Source: Bryobacterales bacterium
GTDB taxonomy: Bacteria; Acidobacteriota; Terriglobia; Bryobacterales; Bryobacteraceae
Assembly: GCA_003166875.1 (NCBI GenBank)
Contig: PMUN01000341.1
Location: forward strand, 1 to 57,879
Length of the DNA stretch: 57,879 bases
Direction: 5' to 3'
The notes below the pieces were generated by a model. That model worked only from the letters and a program-made list of their open reading frames with translations, ran no database searches and was not told the DNA's origin. Numbering within the stretch: position 1 is the stretch's first letter; each line of letters opens with the position of its first letter. A program made the position numbers and the translations under genes. This document shows, piece by piece, positions 25,196 through 34,496 of this stretch.

Positions 25196-26968
25196 TTATT
25201 GCTGGGCCATCGGCAGAAACCCGGAGGCGTAATTCCCGGCTTGAGGATTTTCCGCCTGGCCGCAAGCCAGGTAGGCACCACCGACGGATGGAGAGGCGGG
25301 CAGCAGAATGTCGAGCTGAAATAGTCCGATCCAACCCGGCGCGAGGCCGGCAAACCGGATATTGGCCGAGACCAGTGTGGTGGAATTGTCACCCACCAGC
25401 CCGCAAGCTAGCGGAGTGGTGATTCGCGAAAGTGGGTTTGCGGACGCGGGCTGCCCCAGCGCGGGCACCGGCGCCACCGGTCCGAAACCACTCCCGTAAG
25501 CGTGGATGATCTCGCCGGGATGGGCGGGATTTGCGAGGGTGACCGGCCCGGAGAAGTCCTGATGCAACGCGGCGACGTCGTTGCCCACAGAGAACCATGC
25601 TGGGGCGAAGGCGGAAACCTGGATGGGAAGGTTCCAAAGCATCGCGCTTTCGAAGGGACCGTCCGACTGCTGCTTGAGGACGGCGTCGGGCCAACCGGTC
25701 CCCTTGGGAATGTCATACGGGACTTCCAATTCGATCGCGCTCGGGCTGGCGTTGAGGATTGCCAGATCGTACCCGAACAAGCTGATGGATTGGATTTCCG
25801 GGATGGGCTGCGTACCCGAGTCTACCTGACAGAGCGAGCCGGGCGTCACGATGCCGCCGAAACTTAAGTTGAGATAAAGGCCTGTCGCGACCGGCGTAGC
25901 GGGGATGATCTCCTCCACTGTCAGGGTGCTCAGGTTGATGCGAAGCATGCGTGATGCGCTGGTAATTGCGAACAGGTGACTGCCGCTGCCTGAAAGCGCG
26001 ATCTCGACAATAGGGTCCGGTATGTTCGTCACCTGCACTAGACCGCTTCCATCGCTATGGACGATCCATGCTTGACCAAGCTGAACGAACGCGGCGAGCG
26101 AGCCGTCGTCGGTGATGTCGAAGGGCACCGCGGCGCCCGCTGCTGTTTCAACCGTGGTAATTTCCGTGCTGGCGCCCGTCGTAACGTCCAAAGCCATTAG
26201 GTCAATCAGGGGGTTGGGCGAAGCATTGTCGTCGGCTTCATAGAACAGGTGAGTCGCCGAAGCGTCAATCAGCGGCACGCTAAAGCCGCCCCAATCGAGA
26301 GGGAACGGCGCATTCAGAGGCACTGTGGCTCCCGACCATGGTTGCAGCTCGACGGAAGACGGGAAGTTCGGATTGTAGAGGACGACTGTCCCGTCATTTG
26401 CAACGCCGTGGAGGCGAGGGAAATTGGACCCGTCCGTCAGGTGCTGTTGTTGTCCGGTGGAGAGGTCCAGCACCGTCAACTCCTGCGTTTCGCCCGGCTG
26501 GAAGGCGAGCACTATGGGCGAGCCCAGCGCGACAAAGCCTCCATTCGGACTGACCGAGGGCACGCCGCTCATCACCAATGGCGCGCCACCGGCCACACGG
26601 ATTTCCGCTTGGTATCTGTTCATGTCTATAGCGCAGGGAGTCCCATAGGTGCAATCGGACAGGCCGGTTATGGCAATTGTGCGACCGTCCGAACTGACGG
26701 ATGGCGCCACAAGATTATAGGCTGTGGTAGAGCTCCAACCTTCGCCACCCTCATTGATGATGGTGGGCGGCTGCTGCTCGTACAACTGGACGCCACCCTT
26801 TTCGCTCCACAAGAAGATTTTCGGCTGGCTGGGATACTGGCTGGTTCCTTTCATCCGCAACGAAGAGGAAAAGTACACCACCGATCCGTCGCCGGTGGGA
26901 GCGAGGTTCTGAAAGGCCGGCTGGGCCCACATTGCGGCGGCGAGGAGAAATCCGGACAAAATACGCAC
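25196..26968 (-). CDS. Secreted beta-propeller-like protein with Solibacter-type C-terminal domain
   Basis: 590 aa with signal peptide MRILSGFLLAAAMWAQP. Repeated S/T/G-rich beta-strand segments. C-terminal PGEIIHAYGSGFGPV...IRFAGLAPGWIGLFQLDI. Confidence 0.7.
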   Translation of the reverse strand: MRILSGFLLAAAMWAQPAFQNLAPTGDGSVVYFSSSLRMKGTSQYPSQPKIFLWSEKGGVQLYEQQPPTIINEGGEGWSSTTAYNLVAPSVSSDGRTIAITGLSDCTYGTPCAIDMNRYQAEIRVAGGAPLVMSGVPSVSPNGGFVALGSPIVLAFQPGETQELTVLDLSTGQQQHLTDGSNFPRLHGVANDGTVVLYNPNFPSSVELQPWSGATVPLNAPFPLDWGGFSVPLIDASATHLFYEADDNASPNPLIDLMALDVTTGASTEITTVETAAGAAVPFDITDDGSLAAFVQLGQAWIVHSDGSGLVQVTNIPDPIVEIALSGSGSHLFAITSASRMLRINLSTLTVEEIIPATPVATGLYLNLSFGGIVTPGSLCQVDSGTQPIPEIQSISLFGYDLAILNASPSAIELEVPYDIPKGTGWPDAVLKQQSDGPFESAMLWNLPIQVSAFAPAWFSVGNDVAALHQDFSGPVTLANPAHPGEIIHAYGSGFGPVAPVPALGQPASANPLSRITTPLACGLVGDNSTTLVSANIRFAGLAPGWIGLFQLDILLPASPSVGGAYLACGQAENPQAGNYASGFLPMAQQ

Positions 26969-27066
26969 GTGGATTGTAAGAGCACGGCGAAGGCCGCTGG
27001 AATTGTCGGTAGAATCAATGAGTTTTGTTTAAAATTGAGGTATTTTGACACGCCTCTGACCGAGGA

Positions 27067-27714
27067 TCATCGGTAAACAGCGCAGCCACGCGACTCTAGC
27101 GTCTCAAGCCAGGGCGGAGGGGCGAGCGTTGTCACCCATCGCAAATCGAGCTTGTCGAGGCGAGGCAGGGTGGTGATGGCCGCAGGCAGGTGCGTGAGCT
27201 GATTGCCGCGCAGATCGATCTGCCGCAGCTCGCGCAGCATTTCGATCGATTCTGGCAGCGTGGTCAGCCGGTTGTTTCTGAGGTGCAATTCGCGCAAGTT
27301 GGTCAGGCGGCCGATTGAATCCGGGAGCGACGTTAGTTGATTATCGGTGGCGCGAAGCTCTATCAGGCTCGCCATTCCCGAAACGCACTCCGGAAATACT
27401 TCGAAGGCGTTCTCGCTGATGTTGAGGTAGCGGAGCTTTGTGAGGCGCGCGAGAGAGGCGGGCAGGGAGGCTAATCGATTGTCGTGCAGGTAGAGGAAAT
27501 CGGTGAGGCCGTCGAGATCGGCCAGGGTATCCGGCACGCGCGTCAATTGGTTATGCCCTAGATCGAGCATGCGTAGTTTCCGCAGGCGGCCGATCTGATC
27601 GGAAATTTCGGACAGGTCGTTGTCGGCCAGCACCAGGGTTTCGAGATCGGCCTGGTTCCACACCGATTCGGGCACGTGACCGAGGTACTTTTTCCATAGG
27701 TTCAAATCCGGCAT
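27067..27714 (-). CDS. Leucine-rich-repeat protein (cytosolic, about eight 23-residue LRRs)
   Basis: 215 aa. Repeated LxxLxLxxNxLxxLPxxI units (LRKLRMLDLGHNQLTRVPDTL, LTNLRELHLRNNRLTTLPESI, and others). No signal peptide. Confidence 0.85.
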   Translation of the reverse strand: MPDLNLWKKYLGHVPESVWNQADLETLVLADNDLSEISDQIGRLRKLRMLDLGHNQLTRVPDTLADLDGLTDFLYLHDNRLASLPASLARLTKLRYLNISENAFEVFPECVSGMASLIELRATDNQLTSLPDSIGRLTNLRELHLRNNRLTTLPESIEMLRELRQIDLRGNQLTHLPAAITTLPRLDKLDLRWVTTLAPPPWLETLESRGCAVYR

Positions 27715-27753
27715 ACAGGCGATGCTAACAGAGATACTGAAGGTGAGGATTCC

Positions 27754-28515
27754 ATGACTACCGCAGAGGTTGAGGCACTCTTTGCGCGGACGCTCGCCGG
27801 CGACTACGAGGCGGAGGACGCGTGGGATGCTGTCCGGGCGTTGCGTCTAAATGGCAGCCGGGAGATCTTCGAGCATGCCGCGGCGTGGTGTTTGGCTGAG
27901 GATCAGCGAAAAAGAGGGCGAGCGGCGGATGTTTTATGCCAGCTTCAAGCGAGTGGTGACCGGAAGTTCTGCGACGAATCCTATACGCTTCTCGCGAAGA
28001 TGCTGGAGAAAGAGCAGGACCCCAACGTCCTTGATGCCATTCTCGTCGGCCTTGGTCATCTGGATAATCCTACAGCGGTGCCTCTCATACTGCGGTACCT
28101 GGATCACCCGGATCGGCTCGTCCGCTTTGCCGTGGCTGTCGCGCTCGGGCATTTTTCGAACGATGCGCAATCGGCGGGAGGGTTACTGAAACTCACATCG
28201 GATCCGGAGGACGAGGTCCGCGATTGGGCGGTCTTTGGGCTCGGAGTGATGGGAGATGCCGACTCACCTGAGATTCGCGAGGCGCTTCTTCGATGTTTGA
28301 ACGACGAGGATGACGATGTTCGGGAGGAAGCCGCGGTTGGGCTGGGGATGCGCCGGGACCCGCGCCTGATTCCTGTGCTTCTCACGATGCTAGAGGCCCC
28401 CAGCATCAAGGTTCGAGTGGCAGAAGCTGCGGCCGCACTATTAGGAATGGACAAAGATCCTCCGGAGTGGACTGCGGCAGATTACCGCGCCGCCGTGGCG
28501 AAAATTGAGGAATGA
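27754..28515 (+). CDS. HEAT-repeat protein
   Basis: 253 aa. Repeated DP/DE..VR..A...LG units (DPDRLVRFAVAVALG, DPEDEVRDWAVFGLG, DEDDDVREEAAVGLG). Confidence 0.8.
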   Translation: MTTAEVEALFARTLAGDYEAEDAWDAVRALRLNGSREIFEHAAAWCLAEDQRKRGRAADVLCQLQASGDRKFCDESYTLLAKMLEKEQDPNVLDAILVGLGHLDNPTAVPLILRYLDHPDRLVRFAVAVALGHFSNDAQSAGGLLKLTSDPEDEVRDWAVFGLGVMGDADSPEIREALLRCLNDEDDDVREEAAVGLGMRRDPRLIPVLLTMLEAPSIKVRVAEAAAALLGMDKDPPEWTAADYRAAVAKIEE

Positions 28516-28523
28516 GAATCCTG

Positions 28524-28970
28524 TCACACTAATTTCGCCCGCACCTTTTCGCTCAGCGCCTTGCCATCCACCCGCTTCCCCGCCAGCTTGGCTTGCGTGG
28601 CTTTCATCACTACGCCCATTTGCTTTGCGGACGTCACGCCGGTCTCCGCGAGAGCGGCCGTGATGGCGGCGTCGATCTCGGCATCGGACGGCGCCGCCGG
28701 CATGTAGGATTCCACCAGTTTGAGCTCAGCTTCTTCTTTCTCAGCCAGCTCGGGGCGCGCGCCCTTGCGGAACATTTCGGCCGCTTCGCGCCGCTGTTTT
28801 ATGAGCGTGCTCAGGATTTGCAGCTCGGTGGTTTCATCCAGAGGCTTCATGGAATCCACCTCATGTTTCTTGAGCGCGGTCTTGATCAGGCGGATGGCGT
28901 TGAGACGCGCTTCGTCCTTGGCGCGCATGGCCGCCACCATGTCAGTTTGAATCCGTTCCAGTAAAGCCAT
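28524..28970 (-). CDS. GatB/YqeY-domain protein
   Basis: 148 aa. RIQTDMVAAMRAKDEARLNAIRLIKTALK...ILSTLIKQRREAAEMF...MGVVMKA. Confidence 0.85.
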   Translation of the reverse strand: MALLERIQTDMVAAMRAKDEARLNAIRLIKTALKKHEVDSMKPLDETTELQILSTLIKQRREAAEMFRKGARPELAEKEEAELKLVESYMPAAPSDAEIDAAITAALAETGVTSAKQMGVVMKATQAKLAGKRVDGKALSEKVRAKLV

Positions 28971-28999
28971 GTTTGGTATCCTTAGTGTTAATCCCTCTC

Positions 29000-30172
29000 A
29001 TGTATATCAAGAAACAACGCTTACTGACACCTGGCCCCACGCCGCTCCTGCCCCAGGCGCTGCACGCGATGATGGGGTCCGACATTCATCACCGCACCGA
29101 AGACTTCCGCAAGATGTACCGCGCTGTTCTGGCGGACCTGAAGGAAGTGATGGGCACATCGAACGATGTGCTGGCGCTGGTTTCCTCCGGGACCGGCGCG
29201 ATGGAAGCTTCGGTGGCGAATCTGTTTTCTCCAGGCGATCGCGTAATCGTTTGCACGGCCGGAAAATTCGGCGAGCGCTGGGCTGAGATTGTGAAGGCCT
29301 TCGGCCTGAGTGCCACGGTGCTGGAGGAACCCTACGGCGGAGTGGTGAGCCCGCAACGCGTCATCGACGCGCTGAAATCCGAACCAAACGCGCGAGGCGT
29401 GTTTGTGCAGGCGTCCGAGAGCTCCACGGGCGCGGCGCACGACGTGCGCGCGATGGGTGAGGCCATCAAGAAAACGGAAGCGATTTTCGTGGTGGATGCG
29501 ATCACCGGGCTCGGCACCATGCCGCTGGATATCGATGGCTGGGGCCTGGACGTGGTGATCGGCGGATCGCAGAAAGCCTTCATGATCCCGCCCGGGCTCG
29601 CGTTTCTCTCCGTCAGTCCCAAGGCGTGGGCATTTGCGGAGAACTCCAAGCTGCCGCGCTATTATTTCAATCTCAAGAAGGAAAAGAAGAACGCGGCCAA
29701 CGGCGAATCCAGTTGGACGCCTGCCACTTCGCTGCTACTGGCGCTAGCGGAATCTTTGAAGTACGTCAAATCCATCGGAATGGACAAGCTGGTGGCCAAC
29801 GCGCAAATGTTGGCGCAGGCCACGCGCGCTGCCGTTACGGCGCTGGGTTTGGAATTGTTTGTCCCACATTCGCCGGGGTCCGCGGTGACAGCCGTGAAAG
29901 CGCCGAAGGGGATGGATTCCAAGGTAATCGTGAAGGAATTTCGGAATCGCTTCGGGTCCATCATCGCCAACGGCCAGGGATCGATGCAAGGGCAGATTTT
30001 CCGCATCGCGCACTTGGGCTATTTCGACTTTCCGGATCTGTTCGCGGTGATCGCGGAACTGGAGATCATTCTAGCGGCCAATGGAGTTCCGGTGAAGTTT
30101 GGGACCGGCGTGGCGGCGGTACAGAACGTATACGCAGAAGCCGCGCTGGCGAAAGAAACAGCCACGGTTTGA
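29000..30172 (+). CDS. Class V aminotransferase (serine-glyoxylate / phosphoserine aminotransferase-like)
   Basis: ORF from 28973 (TTG). ATG 29000 is preferred (MYIKKQRLLTPGPTP). PLP lysine context GGSQKAFMIPPG. Lies upstream of serA. Confidence 0.85.
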   Translation: MYIKKQRLLTPGPTPLLPQALHAMMGSDIHHRTEDFRKMYRAVLADLKEVMGTSNDVLALVSSGTGAMEASVANLFSPGDRVIVCTAGKFGERWAEIVKAFGLSATVLEEPYGGVVSPQRVIDALKSEPNARGVFVQASESSTGAAHDVRAMGEAIKKTEAIFVVDAITGLGTMPLDIDGWGLDVVIGGSQKAFMIPPGLAFLSVSPKAWAFAENSKLPRYYFNLKKEKKNAANGESSWTPATSLLLALAESLKYVKSIGMDKLVANAQMLAQATRAAVTALGLELFVPHSPGSAVTAVKAPKGMDSKVIVKEFRNRFGSIIANGQGSMQGQIFRIAHLGYFDFPDLFAVIAELEIILAANGVPVKFGTGVAAVQNVYAEAALAKETATV

Positions 30173-30197
30173 CCAACCTCGGCCTAACCAACGACTC

Positions 30198-31772
30198 ATG
30201 CTAATTCTCATTGCAGAACCGCTGGACAGCGCGGCTGTGAAACTCCTGGAGCAACAGCCAGGGTGGGACGTGGTGGTATCGAATCCGAAAGAGTACTCCC
30301 AACACCTGGCGAATGCCGACGCGTTGATTGTCCGTAGCGCTGTGATGGTGAACGGCGGAATACTTTCGGCGGCGCCGAAACTGCGCGTGATTGGCCGCGC
30401 CGGCGTGGGCGTGGACAACATCGAGCTTCCGGCGGCGACGGCTGCCGGCGTACTGGTGATGAACACGCCGGGCGGCAATGCGGTCTCGGTGGCCGAGCAT
30501 ACTCTGGCGCTGATGCTCTCCCTGGCGCGCTCCATTCCACGGGCCAGCGCGTCCACCAAGTCGGGCAAATGGGAGAAGCGTAAGTTCATGGGAACCGAGC
30601 TGCGCGGTAAAACGCTCGGCATAGTCGGCCTGGGAAGCATTGGGCGCGAGGTGGTGAAACGCGCGGCGGCGTTCGAGATGAAGATCATTGCCAGCGACCC
30701 TTACGTCCACTCGCAGACTGCCAAGGATGTGGGTGTGGAGCTGGTATCGCTGCCCACTCTATACTCACTCAGCGACTACATTACACTGCACACCGCGTTG
30801 ACTCCCGAATCGAACCGTATGCTTTCGCACGATGCTTTCGCGCGGATGAAGAAGGGCGTCCGGATTATCAACTGCGCGCGCGGTGAGTTGATCGATGAAG
30901 GGGCCCTCAATGAGGCGCTGGCCTCAGGTAAAGTGGGCGGCGCTGCATTGGATGTCTTCGAGACGGAGCCGCCGGAGCCGAGCGACCCGATCCTGGCCAT
31001 GGACAACTTCATCGGCACTCCGCACATCGGCGGCTCGACGGAAGAAGCGCAAGCGATTGTCGGAGTGCGCATCGCGGAGCAGATCGTCGAATATTTGCAG
31101 CACGGAGTAGCGTTGAACGCGGTGAACATGCCCGCGCTGACGCCGGAACAATACCGGACGCTCGGTCCTTACAGCCAATTGGCGGAACGGTTGGGTAAAT
31201 TTGCGTCGAACATCTCGACTGGAAATCCGAAAACGGTCCGCATGCTGTATTTTGGAAAAATCGCGGAGTTGAACACCCACCTGGTTCGCAATGCGGGACT
31301 GGCGGGAGTGCTGCAGCGGTCGCTGGCGGGGAAAGCGAATTCGATAAACGCCATGCAGATCGCGGGGGACCGCGGGCTGACGGTGGCGGAACGTCACGAC
31401 AAGCGAACCGCGCACGTCGATTCGGTGCGCCTGGAACTCGAGACCGATACCGGTACAACGGCTGTCGAAGGAGCGGTGGTGTTGGATCAGCCACGTCTCA
31501 TCCAGGTGGACGGCATTTATTGTGAAGCTCCGCTGGACGGCAACCTGGTGTTCCTGAAAAACGAGGATGTGCCGGGTGTGATCGGGTTCCTGGGCGGCGT
31601 GCTGGGGAAAAATGGGATTAATATCGCGACTTTTTCCTTAGGACGCAGGCACGCTGGCGCGGAAGCGGTTTCGGTCATCCAGACCGATCAGCCGGTGCCG
31701 GACAACGTGCTGCAGGAGCTGTTGAAGAATCCGGCGGTGACGGTGGCGCGGTCGGCGAAGTTCACGAATTAA
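30198..31772 (+). CDS. serA: D-3-phosphoglycerate dehydrogenase (long form with ACT domain)
   Basis: ATG 30198 (MLILIAEPLD). NAD motif GIVGLGSIGREV. Catalytic region CARGELID...TPHIGGST. C-terminal ACT-like VPGVIGFLGGVLG. Confidence 0.9.
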   Translation: MLILIAEPLDSAAVKLLEQQPGWDVVVSNPKEYSQHLANADALIVRSAVMVNGGILSAAPKLRVIGRAGVGVDNIELPAATAAGVLVMNTPGGNAVSVAEHTLALMLSLARSIPRASASTKSGKWEKRKFMGTELRGKTLGIVGLGSIGREVVKRAAAFEMKIIASDPYVHSQTAKDVGVELVSLPTLYSLSDYITLHTALTPESNRMLSHDAFARMKKGVRIINCARGELIDEGALNEALASGKVGGAALDVFETEPPEPSDPILAMDNFIGTPHIGGSTEEAQAIVGVRIAEQIVEYLQHGVALNAVNMPALTPEQYRTLGPYSQLAERLGKFASNISTGNPKTVRMLYFGKIAELNTHLVRNAGLAGVLQRSLAGKANSINAMQIAGDRGLTVAERHDKRTAHVDSVRLELETDTGTTAVEGAVVLDQPRLIQVDGIYCEAPLDGNLVFLKNEDVPGVIGFLGGVLGKNGINIATFSLGRRHAGAEAVSVIQTDQPVPDNVLQELLKNPAVTVARSAKFTN

Positions 31773-31779
31773 CCATCCC

Positions 31780-31804
31780 CTCCCAAATACGTCCAAATTG
31801 GGAG
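31780..31804 (+). terminator. Hairpin after serA
   Basis: ctcccaa-N11-ttgggag, 8 nt after the serA stop. No clear U-tract. Confidence 0.35.
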
Positions 31805-31845
31805 TAAAATACGAACCAAGGTTCCGAATCTAAGGAGGAACTTCC

Positions 31846-33972
31846 GTGCGTGCTTCGATACTCGCGATTGCTATTTTTTCGCTGGCCGGGATTTGCTCCG
31901 CCCAGTCGTCTTTACCAGGCTGCGAAGCTCGTCCGGAGGTTCGGCAGGCGCTGCAGGAAAAGCTCCGGTCCCGGGATCTCGACAAGCTGAAATATGTCGA
32001 TCGAGTCGCCCTCCAGCACGCCGTTCTGGACGATTTGATCGCCAAGTATCCCCGTGAGCTGGAACCTTACCGCCGACTGATCAGTTTCGTACACTACGAG
32101 ACCGACGATTACCCGGCGCTCCAGGCGCGTTACCGGGAGCAGGCCAAGCAGCATCCGGACGATCCGCTAGCGTTGTATCTGGCTGGAGCGGTTTTGTTCC
32201 ATGCCGATACACCGGAAAGCATTCGCCTGCTGGACGCGGCCAACGCCAAGGCGCCGGGCTTCGTCTGGCCGAATCTCAAACTGGCTGATGTCTATTCGAG
32301 CGGAAAGCGGGTGGATAAGAAAAAGGCGGCCGAATATCTGGCGGCGTTCTTCACGGCTTGCCCCGGTTCTACGGATCGCGGAGCGCATTGGATGCTTGCC
32401 CAGGTAGGAGACAGCACGCTGCAAACTCGTGTCGCCACCGATCTTCGAAAACGCCTCGCCTCTGAAACTGATTTGGAAGAACTGAAACAGTACGAGACGT
32501 TATGGGGACTCGAGTTTCGCACTCACCCCCCTCAAGAACATGCGGCTGTGCGACAGCAGGTCTCCGAAGACTTGAAGCGCCTGGAGGCTCTCAACTCGAA
32601 GCCAGACGACGATTGGACGGCGCTGTTGAGGAAAGGTTACAAGCAGAGCGGCGCTCCCGAGGCAACGCTTACCGCACTGGACGATCGGATACTAAAGGAG
32701 TTCCCTTCCTCGGAGACAGCCTTTGGAGTTGCCAACGAGCGTTGGAAGAAAGTTCATAAAGAACCGGAGGACCAGAATGACGCTAAAGCATGGGCCGCTT
32801 ACAATCAGGTTCACAAGGAAGCGCTGAAGGGCTGGATCCGCGATTTCACCGATGTAACGTATCTTCCGCGCCAGTCTTGGTTCTTCGAGATCTTCAACGA
32901 CGATGCGGTTCCGGAGAAGGAAGGTATTGCGGCGGCGGAGCATTTCCTTAAAGCAGAACTGGACTACGATCGGCCGGCGTCCAACCCATATCTCGACTCG
33001 GCTGAGTATTTGCTCCAGCACAAATGGGAGACCAAGCGCGCACTGGAGCTGTTGCACAAGGCCCAGCCGTTGGTCGCCAAGGAAATCGATGAGGAGGGCC
33101 GCGATGATAACCGGACTGCGGACAAGCAGGAAGAATCGGAAAAGTACGTTGTCTACGAACAGCAAAACCTGGCGGGTCTGACGCTTCGCGCGGCTCGCAT
33201 GGCGGGGAAGCCGGTAGAGGCTCAAGCGTTGCGCGCCTCCGTTGAGGGACCGCCGCCCAAGGCCAAGACGCGTGAATCCAACTACTGGCTAAATCGAGCA
33301 CGTTTGGCTGTGCTCGAGAACCGCAAAGCGGACGGCTTGACCTATTATCAACTGGCGTTACAGACTCGCGTTTCGCCTCCGACGCCCTGGCACGGAAAGC
33401 TGGAGGATAATCTCACGGATGAGGCGCGCCTTTTATGGAAGGACATAGGAGGCACGGAAGTAGCTTGGAATGTTTGGAGCAAACCGCCCGCCGCCAAACC
33501 TGCTGAGCTGGCCGAGGGCCGCTGGGAAAAGCCCAAGAAACCGATTCCTTCGTTTGAACTGGCGGACCTGTCCGGCAAGACCTGGAAGCTGAAGACGCTG
33601 GAAGGGAAAACGATCCTGATCAACTTGTGGGCCACCTGGTGCGGACCCTGCAACGCGGAGCTCCCACACTTCCAGAAGCTCTACGAAAAAGTGAAGGACC
33701 GTCCGGATTTTCAGATCCTGACCTTCAATATCGACGAGGACCTTGGACTGGTGGAACCTTTTATGAAGGACAAGGGCTACACATTCCCGGTGCTGCCGGC
33801 GTATAGTCTGGTGGTGAACTTACTGGATGGTTACGCCATTCCTCAAAACTGGGTGGTCGATCCGCAAGGGACTTGGCGGTGGACCCAGATAGGTTTCGAT
33901 GGAGCGCCGGATTGGATTGAAAGCATGATCCAGCGCATGGAGGCGTTGAAGAAGAGCGAGGGCGGGCTGTAG
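31846..33972 (+). CDS. Secreted helical-repeat (TPR-like) protein fused to a C-terminal TlpA/ResA-type thioredoxin domain
   Basis: 708 aa. GTG start preceded by AAGGAGG. Signal peptide present. C-terminal LINLWATWCGPCNAELPHF (CxxC). Confidence 0.8.
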   Translation: MRASILAIAIFSLAGICSAQSSLPGCEARPEVRQALQEKLRSRDLDKLKYVDRVALQHAVLDDLIAKYPRELEPYRRLISFVHYETDDYPALQARYREQAKQHPDDPLALYLAGAVLFHADTPESIRLLDAANAKAPGFVWPNLKLADVYSSGKRVDKKKAAEYLAAFFTACPGSTDRGAHWMLAQVGDSTLQTRVATDLRKRLASETDLEELKQYETLWGLEFRTHPPQEHAAVRQQVSEDLKRLEALNSKPDDDWTALLRKGYKQSGAPEATLTALDDRILKEFPSSETAFGVANERWKKVHKEPEDQNDAKAWAAYNQVHKEALKGWIRDFTDVTYLPRQSWFFEIFNDDAVPEKEGIAAAEHFLKAELDYDRPASNPYLDSAEYLLQHKWETKRALELLHKAQPLVAKEIDEEGRDDNRTADKQEESEKYVVYEQQNLAGLTLRAARMAGKPVEAQALRASVEGPPPKAKTRESNYWLNRARLAVLENRKADGLTYYQLALQTRVSPPTPWHGKLEDNLTDEARLLWKDIGGTEVAWNVWSKPPAAKPAELAEGRWEKPKKPIPSFELADLSGKTWKLKTLEGKTILINLWATWCGPCNAELPHFQKLYEKVKDRPDFQILTFNIDEDLGLVEPFMKDKGYTFPVLPAYSLVVNLLDGYAIPQNWVVDPQGTWRWTQIGFDGAPDWIESMIQRMEALKKSEGGL

Positions 33973-34014
33973 GCACAAAAGGAGAAGGTTGGGCGTCCAA
34001 CTCGCGGACGGACC

Positions 34015-34043
34015 TTGTACAATCGAATTGCGCTTCGTAGAAT
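34015..34043 (+). promoter_or_regulatory. Near-consensus sigma70-type promoter abutting the 34047 ORF (leaderless or very short leader)
   Basis: TTGTAC (34015-34020), 17-nt spacer, TAGAAT (34038-34043). ATGs at 34047 and 34056. No Shine-Dalgarno. Confidence 0.35.
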
Positions 34044-34046
34044 GCC

Positions 34047-34496
34047 ATGGCGGATATGGAAATCACGCAGATTGAGGCTGATGCGCTGATAGCCATGGAA
34101 AAACACCGCGTCGACGACACGGAATGGTTGTTTTCTGCTCCGGGCGGTAGGCTTGCAATTCTCCTTCTTTCATCGGACAAACGAGAACACTTCATCCTCG
34201 ACATCAGTCGCGCCCAGATAAAGCTAACGAAGGCAACATACCAGAACCGAGCCCGTCAGGCGATTATCTTGATTCGGCTTGATCTCGACGGCCGGCCGCA
34301 TCGTAACCCCGACGGCATAGAGATCCCTTGTCCTCACCTGCACATATACCGCGAAGGCCACGGCGATAAATGGGCGATCCCGGCTCCCGCAGATAGATAT
34401 ACGAACACGTCGGATCTTCTCTTCACTTTCGAAATCTTCATGGCACACTGCAACATCACGACGCCACCGATTATCCAGAGAGGGCTTTTCTCGTGA
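34047..34496 (+). CDS. Hypothetical His-rich protein, first gene of a two-gene cassette
   Basis: 149-aa ORF with coding-like composition. Block [25 protein letters not shown]. Its stop overlaps the next gene's start (GTGA). I cannot name a family. Confidence 0.6.
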   Translation: MADMEITQIEADALIAMEKHRVDDTEWLFSAPGGRLAILLLSSDKREHFILDISRAQIKLTKATYQNRARQAIILIRLDLDGRPHRNPDGIEIPCPHLHIYREGHGDKWAIPAPADRYTNTSDLLFTFEIFMAHCNITTPPIIQRGLFS

